From Thermoproteota archaeon (GTDB lineage: Archaea > Korarchaeota > Korarchaeia > Korarchaeales > Korarchaeaceae): DNA of 64,000 bases. The stretch's first letter is position 1. Each line of letters begins with the position of its first letter. Made by a program: the position numbers and the translations under genes. The notes under the pieces were generated by a model. That model did not search any database. It was not told where the DNA came from and saw only the letters and a program-made list of their open reading frames with translations. The DNA is taken from the NCBI GenBank assembly GCA_027491395.1, contig JAOZFI010000043.1:32001-96000 (forward strand), written 5' to 3'. This document shows positions 48,208-57,485 of the stretch, piece by piece.

Positions 48208-49379
48208 GGTCGCTCAGAGAAGTGATATACCCCGTCTCAGTGCACCCCACGATAGGCATACTTATGATCCTAGTGGCGATCCTCCTACTGGGCTCCCGAA
48301 GTTACGGGCTGGATTACGGGTGGGTGACGGTATCTGGGTTGGGCATTCTAGCCTTCCAATTAGGTACACTCACTGCCTCCACGGTCAGCGGCAGAAAATT
48401 ACACGGGATATCACTCATCATCGGTGAAGTCTTGGTGATCATCCTGTTGGGGGTCTCCTTCAGGGAGATAACCCCTCTCCACCACCTAATAGCCTTGATA
48501 TGGGTGGCCACGATCAACTTGGCTGCCTATATCATTGCACACAGCAAGGGCGAGACACCCATCTTCCAGCTACTGGTTTACGCCTCCGGAACCTTCTTCG
48601 TCGTGCACTCATTCCTCCAATACGGGGACTGGGAGATCATTAGGGAGCTACCTCTCACTCCCGTAGAGGGAGCCTTCGGGATGTTCCTGATCTTCATTTC
48701 CTACCCAAGCCTGTTGTGGAGGTTGATAGAAGGCGGACGCAGGCTCCTTCCTTGGGCCTTCCTGTCCCTGACCTCCGGCTTGATGGTGCTCCATGGATTC
48801 AGGGCGGATGTATTCCTGGTGATCCTGTCCACCTCCCTGCTTCTGGTCAGGAGGAAGGATCCCAAGGGCTTTGCACTCATGGTTATCCTCCTAGGATTGT
48901 TCGTCGCCGTCGGGGAGGTGAGATCGTACGTTCACGTGCCAACCTATGAGAGGGTTGCTTTCAGGCTTGCAACTACCTACTATTACTCTAAAGAGTTGTG
49001 TAGCTACTTCCTGACACCACTACCTGCATACGGGCCCTTCTGGCTCTCATCCATACCCCTGCATCCATCGCAATCCTTGGGTAGGGGGATCTTCGGCAAG
49101 GCCTACGGGATCACGCCCACCATGTTCATCGGCCTGCTTGTGGATCTGGGCCTAATAGGCATGACGGTCTTCTCCGTGCTGATGGGGTTTCTCTCGGGAT
49201 ACAGCTACCGCCTATCAATGGAAGGAGGAAACGACTTATTCTCGTACAACATAATATGGCCTATACTCATCACGAGGGCTGAGATAGGCTTCAGCCAGCT
49301 GGATATAGCCCTCATAGCTGGCTCGGTGGTGTTCGCCTCCTTAGCCAATCTTATTAATGGGAGTGATCAAGCTAGCTAG
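48204..49379 (+). CDS. second Wzy-like membrane protein
   Basis: GFR, ITPT.....L.DLG..G motifs; polytopic; start overlaps upstream stop. Confidence 0.65.
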   Translation: MRSLREVIYPVSVHPTIGILMILVAILLLGSRSYGLDYGWVTVSGLGILAFQLGTLTASTVSGRKLHGISLIIGEVLVIILLGVSFREITPLHHLIALIWVATINLAAYIIAHSKGETPIFQLLVYASGTFFVVHSFLQYGDWEIIRELPLTPVEGAFGMFLIFISYPSLLWRLIEGGRRLLPWAFLSLTSGLMVLHGFRADVFLVILSTSLLLVRRKDPKGFALMVILLGLFVAVGEVRSYVHVPTYERVAFRLATTYYYSKELCSYFLTPLPAYGPFWLSSIPLHPSQSLGRGIFGKAYGITPTMFIGLLVDLGLIGMTVFSVLMGFLSGYSYRLSMEGGNDLFSYNIIWPILITRAEIGFSQLDIALIAGSVVFASLANLINGSDQAS

Positions 49380-49392
49380 GTGAAGTGGGAAC

Positions 49393-49797
49393 ATGCCGTA
49401 CTACTACCACGGTCCAGTAATGCCCGGAGGTAGGAAGCCTACCGGTGGTAAGGTAAGGAAGAGTAGAGGGAAGAGGAGAAGAGAGGCCGGTAGACCGCCA
49501 GCGTTCACGGTAGTGGGAGCTAGGAAGCTCAAGCCCATCAGGATAATGGGCGGTGGAAGGAAGCTCAGGCTGGTATCCGATCACGAGGTCAACGTGGCGC
49601 TTGGCGATGGAACCACAAAGAAGGTGAAGATACTAGATGTGATGGAGAACCCGGCCAGCAAGGTGCTGACTAGGAGGAAGATAATAACGAGGGGAGCGCT
49701 GGTCAAGACCGAGCTGGGCTTGGTGAGGATAACATCTAAGCCTGGCCAGCACGGGATCCTGAACGGGGTTCTACTGAGGGAAGAGGTTGCCTCGTAA
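49393..49797 (+). CDS. rps8e: 30S ribosomal protein S8e
   Basis: RKPTGG, GG..KLRL, ENPA, IIT.GA, TS.PGQ.G..N. Confidence 0.96.
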   Translation: MPYYYHGPVMPGGRKPTGGKVRKSRGKRRREAGRPPAFTVVGARKLKPIRIMGGGRKLRLVSDHEVNVALGDGTTKKVKILDVMENPASKVLTRRKIITRGALVKTELGLVRITSKPGQHGILNGVLLREEVAS

Positions 49798-50068
49798 GGG
49801 TCCCAAGGTAATATATCCCTCCTATTTCGATTCTAGGTTGAGCAGGTCCGAGGGCAGGAGGGTACCTCGCTCCCTTGCTGTGAGGAAGCCGACCCTCCAA
49901 GATTTGGTGAGCGCCCTGAAACACCTCTCCTTGGAGTACGAGGTGGAGGAGAAGCACAGGCCCTCGAGATGGTACAGGTTCGAGGGGAGGGTGAAGGTGG
50001 TCTACCAAGGAAGCAAGGAGGAACTCCTTAAGAAAGTGGCCGAGACAATCAGGAGGTCTAGGAAGTGA
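49787..50068 (+). CDS. srp19: signal recognition particle protein SRP19
   Basis: IYPSYFDS..SR.EGRRVP..LAV..P. Confidence 0.93.
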   Translation: MPRKGPKVIYPSYFDSRLSRSEGRRVPRSLAVRKPTLQDLVSALKHLSLEYEVEEKHRPSRWYRFEGRVKVVYQGSKEELLKKVAETIRRSRK

Positions 50069-50343
50069 GGGTGCTGGGAGAGGTCGTGAAACTGACTAGA
50101 TCTAGGAACTTCCTAGTGAAGATGAAGCCCCCGGTCAAGGAAGACCTTAAGGACAAGAGGGTCGTCTCCGAGGATCTGCTCCTCGTTGGGGTGGTCAGCG
50201 ACGTAATAGGACCGGTTCACGAGCCGTACGCGCTGGTGAAGATCGTGTTACCCCTGGACAAGGCCAAGGAATTCGTGGGTAAGAGGCTGTACTTGGTGGA
50301 GCGTAGGGAGGAGAGCAGGCTCATAATCTACCCAGATACCTGA
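50065..50343 (+). CDS. gar1: H/ACA RNP protein Gar1
   Basis: VG.V.DVIGPV..PY..VK. Confidence 0.88.
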   Translation: MRVLGEVVKLTRSRNFLVKMKPPVKEDLKDKRVVSEDLLLVGVVSDVIGPVHEPYALVKIVLPLDKAKEFVGKRLYLVERREESRLIIYPDT

Positions 50344-50863
50344 GGATCCTCTCTACGAGCTTCTCCGCAACTCTCTCAGCCACCCCCCTCTCTATCCAGA
50401 GGACCTCCGATAGAGAGCATATTTCCTCAACGAATTTGATTTTGGAGATGGGAGCGGTGCCGAGAGCCGCCCTATCCGACCTCCACAGCTTCCTCACGAC
50501 CTCCACGAACCTATCCGAGAACAGTTCCATCTTACCGATCTCATCAACCAAGACTAGGTCGCATTCCCTTATCGAGTTCTCCAAGGCAGGAATTGCCACC
50601 TTCTCAAAGAGATCTATTCTGACACCATATTTGGAGATTTTAGGACCATCCCTGTAGCTGACAGAGGCGAACAGGGATCTCTCCCCCGTCAGCAGGTTCT
50701 CCACCTCAAATCCTATTCTCCTTCCTCCAGACCTGACCTCTGGAGTCCTTATTCCCCCTACTCTCACTCCTAGGTTCTCTAAACGCTCCTTTACTATCAT
50801 AATGGCCGTAGATTTTCCAGATCCCGGTTTACCCCTTATAATATACTTACCCTCCCTCCCCAT
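50321..50863 (-). CDS. THEP1-type nucleoside triphosphatase
   Basis: GKPGSGKST, R.GF, VDEIGKMEL.S..F; start ATG 50863. Confidence 0.9.
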   Translation of the reverse strand: MGREGKYIIRGKPGSGKSTAIMIVKERLENLGVRVGGIRTPEVRSGGRRIGFEVENLLTGERSLFASVSYRDGPKISKYGVRIDLFEKVAIPALENSIRECDLVLVDEIGKMELFSDRFVEVVRKLWRSDRAALGTAPISKIKFVEEICSLSEVLWIERGVAERVAEKLVERILRYLGRL

Positions 50864-51995
50864 GATGGAACCCTCGCTCAGCATACCGCTCAAGCTATAT
50901 AGGGAGGGAAGCGTGGTCTTCTACTCCACAGACTTGGGACACTTGGAGAGAATGGGCCTGTCCTACACGAAGGCACCGGTGTTTTACAACCCGAGAATGA
51001 AACTGAATAGGGACATCACAATCTCAATCGTCAGGTCCGTGAACATGGGGAGCGCCGCCGATCTCATGGCAGCATCGGGGGTCAGGGCCCTCAGACTGGC
51101 GGTTGAGGGAGGCATCGATGAGGTGCTGGCCAACGACTCCAACTGCTTGGCAGTCCATGTGATAAAGCTGAATGCGAGGCTCAATGGGGTGAGGATCAGG
51201 GCGACCTGCTCAGATGCAAGGCTGGAAGCTGAGAAGCTCGCGTGGGAGGGAAATAGACCCCATTATTTGGATCTAGACCCTTTCGGTTCCCCAGCTCCCT
51301 ACATGGATTCCTTCCTGAGGGCCGTCAAGAGGGGTGGTCTGTTGGGGGTCACGGCCACGGACACCCCGCCCCTGTTCGGCATCTACCCGGACAAGCTGTT
51401 CAGGTACTACGGAGTGTGGGGGAGGAAGCTCCCCTTTCACAAGGAGTTCGGGATACGCGCTTTGATTTCCTTCACCGTCAGAGTAGCAGCTAGGCTCGAC
51501 CTCGTAGCCAGACCTCTGCTCTCCTACGGGAGGGAGCATTACGTCAGGGTGTTCTTCTCCATCGATAGGGGACCTTCGGCCTCTAGCCGACAGCTCAGGG
51601 AATCTCTGGGCTGGGTGGAGACCTGCAACGGGGAGCATGTGATCCACAAGGGGGTCGATCTGCCCAATGCTGAATGCGGGGAACTGCTAGGTCCCTTGTG
51701 GCTGGATGAGATCACGGATCCGCGATTCTTGGATGGGGTGACACCGATCAACGAGGAAGTTGAACGCCTTCTGAACGCTCTAAGAGAGGAGTCTGGAGGC
51801 CCTCCCTTCTACTACATGCTCGATGACATCTGCTCACGCTTACGCGTTAAAATGCCCAAAGTGAGCGATATCGTCGCTACCTTAAGGGAAAGAGGATATT
51901 TCGCTGCTAGGACGCATTTGGAACCTCTTGGGGTGAAGACGACAGCGAGCAGGGCTGAGATAGATGAAATAGTTAAGGAGATCACAGCTTCCTGA
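50862..51995 (+). CDS. trm1: tRNA (guanine26-N2)-dimethyltransferase Trm1
   Basis: PVFYNP.M..NRD, A.SG.RALR, DLDPFGSP, TATD, GPLW, RTH. Confidence 0.93.
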   Translation: MMEPSLSIPLKLYREGSVVFYSTDLGHLERMGLSYTKAPVFYNPRMKLNRDITISIVRSVNMGSAADLMAASGVRALRLAVEGGIDEVLANDSNCLAVHVIKLNARLNGVRIRATCSDARLEAEKLAWEGNRPHYLDLDPFGSPAPYMDSFLRAVKRGGLLGVTATDTPPLFGIYPDKLFRYYGVWGRKLPFHKEFGIRALISFTVRVAARLDLVARPLLSYGREHYVRVFFSIDRGPSASSRQLRESLGWVETCNGEHVIHKGVDLPNAECGELLGPLWLDEITDPRFLDGVTPINEEVERLLNALREESGGPPFYYMLDDICSRLRVKMPKVSDIVATLRERGYFAARTHLEPLGVKTTASRAEIDEIVKEITAS

Positions 51996-52665
51996 AGACC
52001 ATCATTGCATGCTTGGGGTCGTAGGGAGAGAGATCAACGGTCTCCAGCAACTTATATCTCCCAGTGGAGGTGACCTCCTTCTCGACAAGCCTATAGACCT
52101 TCTTGGGCGGGAGGGTTACATCTATACTGCTGGCTTTGACGGCTATCATAGCCACACCACCCTTCCTTAGGAAGATATCAGCGTTCTTCACTAGTATGCT
52201 GGCCTGATCGGGCTGTGCTACATCCTCGTACACTACATCCACCTCGGAGACGATCCAAGAGTAGCTTTGAGGCCTTCTAGCACTTTCCATGATTGGTACG
52301 ATGTTCCTCCTCACCTTAGCCACTCCTAGAAGATCTCTGAGAACCCTATGAGCTATCTCCACACCGAATATGATCCCATCATCTTCAATTACGTCGCTCA
52401 CATGCGAGGCGGTCGTTCCCGATGCAATGCCCAAGTACAGGACCTTGGTCCCCCTCCTGAAAGGGAAGTTCTTCAGGCCCTTGTATATGGCCGCTGCTAG
52501 CTTTGACCTGTAGGGGTTCCATATCCTGTACTCCTCTCCCTTGATCTGCCTCGCAATTTCATCGTAGACCCTGTGACCCGGGGCTATGCTCTTAGTGGCC
52601 AATTGCTTCTTACCATTTATTATCCAGAACAGGTTTCGGAACTTCTGGTCCTCCCTAACCCTCAT
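51982..52665 (-). CDS. flpA: fibrillarin-like 2'-O-methyltransferase
   Basis: W.P.RSKLAAAI, VLYLG.ASGTT.SHVSD, DVAQPDQ. Confidence 0.96.
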   Translation of the reverse strand: MRVREDQKFRNLFWIINGKKQLATKSIAPGHRVYDEIARQIKGEEYRIWNPYRSKLAAAIYKGLKNFPFRRGTKVLYLGIASGTTASHVSDVIEDDGIIFGVEIAHRVLRDLLGVAKVRRNIVPIMESARRPQSYSWIVSEVDVVYEDVAQPDQASILVKNADIFLRKGGVAMIAVKASSIDVTLPPKKVYRLVEKEVTSTGRYKLLETVDLSPYDPKHAMMVFRKL

Positions 52666-53801
52666 TTCCTACCACCCCTGCCCAAGATCTCCCTCAACTT
52701 CTCGTCTATCTCCTTCCTTAACTCGTCTCCCACGTATCTGCCATCTCCAAAGGCATCCACTCTAGCAGCTATGGCTATCTTGGTTGCCAGCAGTCTTGCG
52801 ACCTTCCCCCTCAGCTTCTTAGGTGCGGTCCTCACCTCCTTGGCTTGGAAGAGTACGCCGTGCTTCGGGGGCTTGGCTCCCTTAACTAGGTGCATGAAGA
52901 TGGCCTTGTGGGCACCCAATATCTGGATGGAACTGGCTGGTAGGCTTGCAAGCCTGTTCAGACCTCCAGCCACGGCTATGAGTCTAGCCCCTACAAGCGG
53001 ATGAACGACCGCGGATAGGTTGGGAGCGGCGCGCTTCATGAGGTCCTCTATGAAGGCCTCCACCATCTTCCTAGATTCGTAAAGGGATGTCCAATTCTCA
53101 GCGACCTTCCTCAACATCTCAAGGTCGCTCTCCTCGAAATCGGCCCCTATCGAATTTCTCGCAGCCTCCATAACCTGTCTAGCCTTGGCATCGCTTAACC
53201 CAGCCTTCTTCAGTATTTCTAAGGTCATTTTTCTCCTGTCAGGCTGTAGGGAAACCACCTTCATGAACAGCGGATGGTCCTCCACCAAATCATTCAGCTC
53301 TGGGAAGTGAATTGAGTACCACTCTTTGATGGCCGGGGCTAGGACATTCAATGCCTTGTTAGCGTGATCGATGTAGTCTATGGCTTTTATGACCTGCTGA
53401 TCCAGAGAGCTCAGCTGCTTCTTTATCCCGATCCTCGTAAGCTCTATTCCTATCTCATTAAGCATCCTGAAGTAATCCTTCTGTTTCACTACCCCCCATA
53501 TCTGGGAGGCGTAGCGGTGAGGCGTCCTTCTCAGCTGGAGGAAGGCCTCCTCGGCTGGTGAGAGTATCGATTTGATGTCCGCTTTATTCAACAGGTCCTT
53601 CAGTATCTGATCGCTTACTACGAGCTCATCAGCTTTCAAACCGGCGAGCAGTTTCCTGAGAGGCTCTTCTAGCAAGCTCTCGTCAGTCAATATGCTGGCG
53701 ATCTTCTCAGGATCCTTGGGAAATCCCCAAGACTTCAGGACCTTGCCCTTATGATCAAGCAGTAGGATTCCATAGGGTTGGAGGGCCAAGAATGCTCGCA
53801 A
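52662..53801 (-). CDS. nop5: C/D box RNP protein Nop5 (Nop56/58)
   Basis: EWY..HFPEL, APNL, PASSIQILGA.KA.F, PPKHG..F. Confidence 0.94.
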   Translation of the reverse strand: MRAFLALQPYGILLLDHKGKVLKSWGFPKDPEKIASILTDESLLEEPLRKLLAGLKADELVVSDQILKDLLNKADIKSILSPAEEAFLQLRRTPHRYASQIWGVVKQKDYFRMLNEIGIELTRIGIKKQLSSLDQQVIKAIDYIDHANKALNVLAPAIKEWYSIHFPELNDLVEDHPLFMKVVSLQPDRRKMTLEILKKAGLSDAKARQVMEAARNSIGADFEESDLEMLRKVAENWTSLYESRKMVEAFIEDLMKRAAPNLSAVVHPLVGARLIAVAGGLNRLASLPASSIQILGAHKAIFMHLVKGAKPPKHGVLFQAKEVRTAPKKLRGKVARLLATKIAIAARVDAFGDGRYVGDELRKEIDEKLREILGRGGRK

Positions 53802-53843
53802 GTTATCTCCCTTCGAAGTAGGACCGGTGTCCTAAAAAATCTC

Positions 53844-54011
53844 TTATATCGGATGCTGTCCGGGCTTCCTTCCGAGTATGAACCTCTTGCGGTAAATGCT
53901 CTTTATCCTCACCCTAGGAACAGGACTCCTCCTAGGTCTAGCCTCAACCTTCGGGGTGAGAGATCTGACCTTCCCGGCCTTATTCAACGCACCGTGAGTC
54001 CCTCTCGGCAT
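53844..54011 (-). CDS. rps30e: 30S ribosomal protein S30e (not in ORF track)
   Basis: Hand translation: MPRGTHGALNKAGKVRSLTPKVEARPRRSPVPRVRIKSIYRKRFILGRKPGQHPI*; HG.L.KAGKVR..TPKV motif. Confidence 0.93.
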   Translation of the reverse strand: MPRGTHGALNKAGKVRSLTPKVEARPRRSPVPRVRIKSIYRKRFILGRKPGQHPI

Positions 54012-54058
54012 ACTTTTACCACCGCTTTGAATACGATCCGTCCGATTAATATACCTTA

Positions 54059-56089
54059 CTATAGGTTCGTCTCCTTTGTCGATTCCTCTCCTCCGCTCAC
54101 CGCCCTGAGTAGAGCCATTCTGTAGTCCCTTATTATGTTTAGAACGTCTAACTCACTCCTGCTACCAATTTCCTTTGATTCTTGTTGAGTACTCACGGTA
54201 GACAGTAGCTTGAGTGCCTCTTCCGATGGGAGGACGGGATCTAGTCCCTTCCAAGAGATCTTGAACTGGTTCAATGGTGCTATGGTGATTCCCTCGAACT
54301 CTGCTCTCTCTATGAACTCCTTCGGTGGAGGACTACCGCGGTAGAGGACGGCCCTTATACCTATTTCCTTTAGCCTCCTCAGGATGCTGGTGCTGGCTCC
54401 GGTGGCGTCGAGAGCCATCAGTACGCCTTCGGGGACCTCATTCCCGAGCTCATCGATCTTCTCCTTGGAAAGGGATGGTAAAACGGTCAATTTGACACCG
54501 TCAACCACATTAGGGGAGCTGATGAGCTGCCTCATCTGGGACTTGAGGAGCTCATTCCTCCATCTCTCCCTCTCCAGTTCCTGCTCGAGTTCCTTTATTC
54601 TCGCATCTCTAATGGAGATCCTCCTATCTATCTCCAACTCTTTGGATCTCCTGTCCTCAAGATCCTCTATCTTTCTCCTCAACCCGTTTATCTCCCTCTC
54701 CTTCTCCATCAACAACGCGTCCTTCTTCTCGAGTTCCCTTTTCAACTCTCCAATCCTCTCGTTAAGGCTTCTCACGTATTTATTGAGCCTCCTGAGCTCC
54801 TTCTTCAGCTCAGCATAGGCGAGCTCCCTTACCTCCCTCTCCTCTTCCCTCTCAGCTAGTATCTCATCTATAGCCACTGATATAGGAGTTCCCTTGAGCA
54901 CCTTGGTCAGGATACGATCGATCTCGCTGGATAATCCCTCCTCCCTGGCCCTCAACCTCGCCTTAGAGACTAGATTCTTCACCCTGTAGTAGACCTTGAG
55001 AGCGGCGGCTAGAGAGTCCCTCTCATGGGAGCTCTCTGCCCTAATGCCCTTGAGCTCCTCGTAGTCGGCCACAATCTTCTTTTTCTCGTCGGCCTTCATG
55101 TCGTACTTCGCCACCATCAACTTAGAGTCGAACATGCTAGCTATCCTCACGACGCTCTTGGGAGGAGGATTCACATCTGTCGCTATTATAACTGGATAAC
55201 CATGATTAAGTATCTCCTCCACTATTTCAGATCTCGACGCTCTTCTCATAGTTCTTAAGGCCAATAAGTTACCGTTCAGGTCGATAACAGCTAGACCAAC
55301 GGACATGCCCGGATCTATGCCGACTATTATGGGTCTGGATCTGGGTAGAGGGGAGAGACGACTAGAGGGGAACTTTATTTTACTTCTCCAAGACTGACGC
55401 ACCACCACCCTCAAAGGTGTCCACTCACTGCTTTCCTTCACTATCCTCCGGACATCATCTATTCCTGCGTAGATTATGAACTCCGCCCTCCTCAGCCCCC
55501 CAGAAGCTCTCTCAACATACAGGTCGTAATCGAGATTTGCGGCGTCGAGCTCCGTGGCTATCTTATTGGCCTCGCTGAGTATGCTGGCCTCTATAGACCT
55601 CCTCCACCTGTCACTTCCCGAACCTCCCTGCCTTATACTCCTGTTCTTTGTTATAAGTACCCTAGTCTCTGGATACATCGCGATGACCTCTATTCCCACC
55701 CCCCTCTGCGCCAACTTGGCGACTATCCTAGCGGTACCGAGCGGATCCCTGTGGGAGGGAGATGGAAGACCAGCCTCCTTTGCTATCGAGGAGAGGGATC
55801 TTATCCCGTGGGGAGATCCAGTGACCTGAATGAGCTTGCTACCTGGGGGCATCCTCTCCATGACGAGCCTGAGCCCCCTCATGTCCTCCGCAAGCTCGTA
55901 AACGTTGTCCGTAGCTAGTATCCTGACCCCATATCTCCTCATCAGGGAGAAGACCTCGTCTAGGGTAACCTCCTCGGACTCAAAGAGGACATCCTCACCC
56001 CTCATTATGGACACTGAGTAAATAGGCCTCTTCTTTGATCTGGGCGAACCGGATCTTATGTCTATTCCAGCTATCACCAAATCGTCCAT
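54059..56089 (-). CDS. DUF460 domain protein (RNase H-like fold plus coiled coil)
   Basis: GIDI..GS, A.DN.YEL, GG....R, IVGIDPG...G.A, HERD.LAAA. Confidence 0.85.
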   Translation of the reverse strand: MDDLVIAGIDIRSGSPRSKKRPIYSVSIMRGEDVLFESEEVTLDEVFSLMRRYGVRILATDNVYELAEDMRGLRLVMERMPPGSKLIQVTGSPHGIRSLSSIAKEAGLPSPSHRDPLGTARIVAKLAQRGVGIEVIAMYPETRVLITKNRSIRQGGSGSDRWRRSIEASILSEANKIATELDAANLDYDLYVERASGGLRRAEFIIYAGIDDVRRIVKESSEWTPLRVVVRQSWRSKIKFPSSRLSPLPRSRPIIVGIDPGMSVGLAVIDLNGNLLALRTMRRASRSEIVEEILNHGYPVIIATDVNPPPKSVVRIASMFDSKLMVAKYDMKADEKKKIVADYEELKGIRAESSHERDSLAAALKVYYRVKNLVSKARLRAREEGLSSEIDRILTKVLKGTPISVAIDEILAEREEEREVRELAYAELKKELRRLNKYVRSLNERIGELKRELEKKDALLMEKEREINGLRRKIEDLEDRRSKELEIDRRISIRDARIKELEQELERERWRNELLKSQMRQLISSPNVVDGVKLTVLPSLSKEKIDELGNEVPEGVLMALDATGASTSILRRLKEIGIRAVLYRGSPPPKEFIERAEFEGITIAPLNQFKISWKGLDPVLPSEEALKLLSTVSTQQESKEIGSRSELDVLNIIRDYRMALLRAVSGGEESTKETNL

Positions 56090-56144
56090 TCGATATGACC
56101 CTGATGCGACTAGGTTAATAAAGCTTAGCTCCCCCTAAGGACTG

Positions 56145-57473
56145 ATGAAAGCAGTCCCTGCCGCCCTTTACATCATGACGGCGCTTCTAATTCTGAGCCT
56201 CATGGCGCCAATACTAACTCAGTCTCAAGAGGTCGATTTGAGCGTCACGGTAGAACCTAGGGATCCTTGCGTAGCAGGATACCCCTGCACCGTGAATGTA
56301 TCGGTGATGAACACGAATGGAATGATCCTCATCGATTATTTGAAGCTGATCACCCCTTGGGGGGCCTTCACGAGGAACCTAGGTTTGAGGGAGCTCAGGC
56401 CTAACACCACATTGATAGTCCCCATAATAGTAGATGTGGATAGGAACTCCTTGGAGGGTCCTAACTTCGTGAGGCCCGTGGTCAGGTTCTTCAAGAAGGG
56501 AGAAGTGGGCCTCAAGCTGGTTGAGGGCAACGCTTCGTCCGTTATGGTAATTAAACCACGCATAAACGCTACCCTAGTCGTCGTTCCACAATCCAGAGAG
56601 ATTACCTTGGGTCAACCGCTCTCAATCCAAGTGACCTACGAGGTGGATGGGGTCCCTAGGGATTACCGTCCTACGATTTCCGTGTACTTAGATGGCAGGC
56701 TCAGCATCGAGAGAGAGCTCAACGGCACATCCGGTGAGGTGGGTCTATCTCTACCGGTAGAGGGTGAGGGAAATCACACCCTCATAGTGAGCCTATGCTA
56801 CGGAATAGGCTGCACCGACAGGAGCTTCGAGATCAATGTCAGGAGGACCGTGAGAGTGATCTCCGGATACAACAAGGAGGAGCTAAGGGCAGCTCTGAAG
56901 GAGGTAAAGGACGAAAGGAGACTACTTCAGAGTGCATACGAGAGGACCGTGGAGGCTGGACTCCCCATACCAGAGGATGTGCTGATAAACATCTCCATAA
57001 TCGACTCCAAAATCAGAGAGGCGGAGGTCCTCTTAGATCGAGAGAACATATCCTATGCGGACATCCTCAGGGTCAAGATGCTCCTTAACCAGTCATCTGC
57101 CACAATATCGCGTCTGGAGGAGGATCTCCTTTCGATGTACAAGGACAAGATAATCGAGATGATTAGCAGAGCTATGGGAGAGGTAGAGGAGGTGAAGAAC
57201 ATAAATCAGACGGAGTACAGAGCCATGAAAGACCTTCTCGCTAACCTAACCTCCAGTGTGGACGGATTGAACCTGACAAGCGCGCCGGACTTATACTCGA
57301 ACTTGACTCAGGAGATATCCGCCTTGGAAGAGAGAATAAGGGTCATCAAGGAGAGGGCTGCTGAGGAGGCAAGGCTCCTGTCGGGCATGACCGTATCGTT
57401 GATATTCGTTGCGATGATTTCAGGTGCAACCATTATCTTGAGGAAGTGGAAGTCACAGCTGATGAAGGAATGA
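56145..57473 (+). CDS. cell-surface glycoprotein: signal peptide, beta-sandwich domains, coiled coil, C-terminal TM anchor
   Basis: Hydrophobic N- and C-termini and 13 N-x-S/T sequons. Confidence 0.7.
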   Translation: MKAVPAALYIMTALLILSLMAPILTQSQEVDLSVTVEPRDPCVAGYPCTVNVSVMNTNGMILIDYLKLITPWGAFTRNLGLRELRPNTTLIVPIIVDVDRNSLEGPNFVRPVVRFFKKGEVGLKLVEGNASSVMVIKPRINATLVVVPQSREITLGQPLSIQVTYEVDGVPRDYRPTISVYLDGRLSIERELNGTSGEVGLSLPVEGEGNHTLIVSLCYGIGCTDRSFEINVRRTVRVISGYNKEELRAALKEVKDERRLLQSAYERTVEAGLPIPEDVLINISIIDSKIREAEVLLDRENISYADILRVKMLLNQSSATISRLEEDLLSMYKDKIIEMISRAMGEVEEVKNINQTEYRAMKDLLANLTSSVDGLNLTSAPDLYSNLTQEISALEERIRVIKERAAEEARLLSGMTVSLIFVAMISGATIILRKWKSQLMKE

Positions 57474-57485
57474 GGTGCTTCTGAA

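Noticed and set aside
53778-54125. 115-aa plus-strand ORF, also considered as a possible structured RNA gap
   Set aside because: Explained by rps30e on the minus strand
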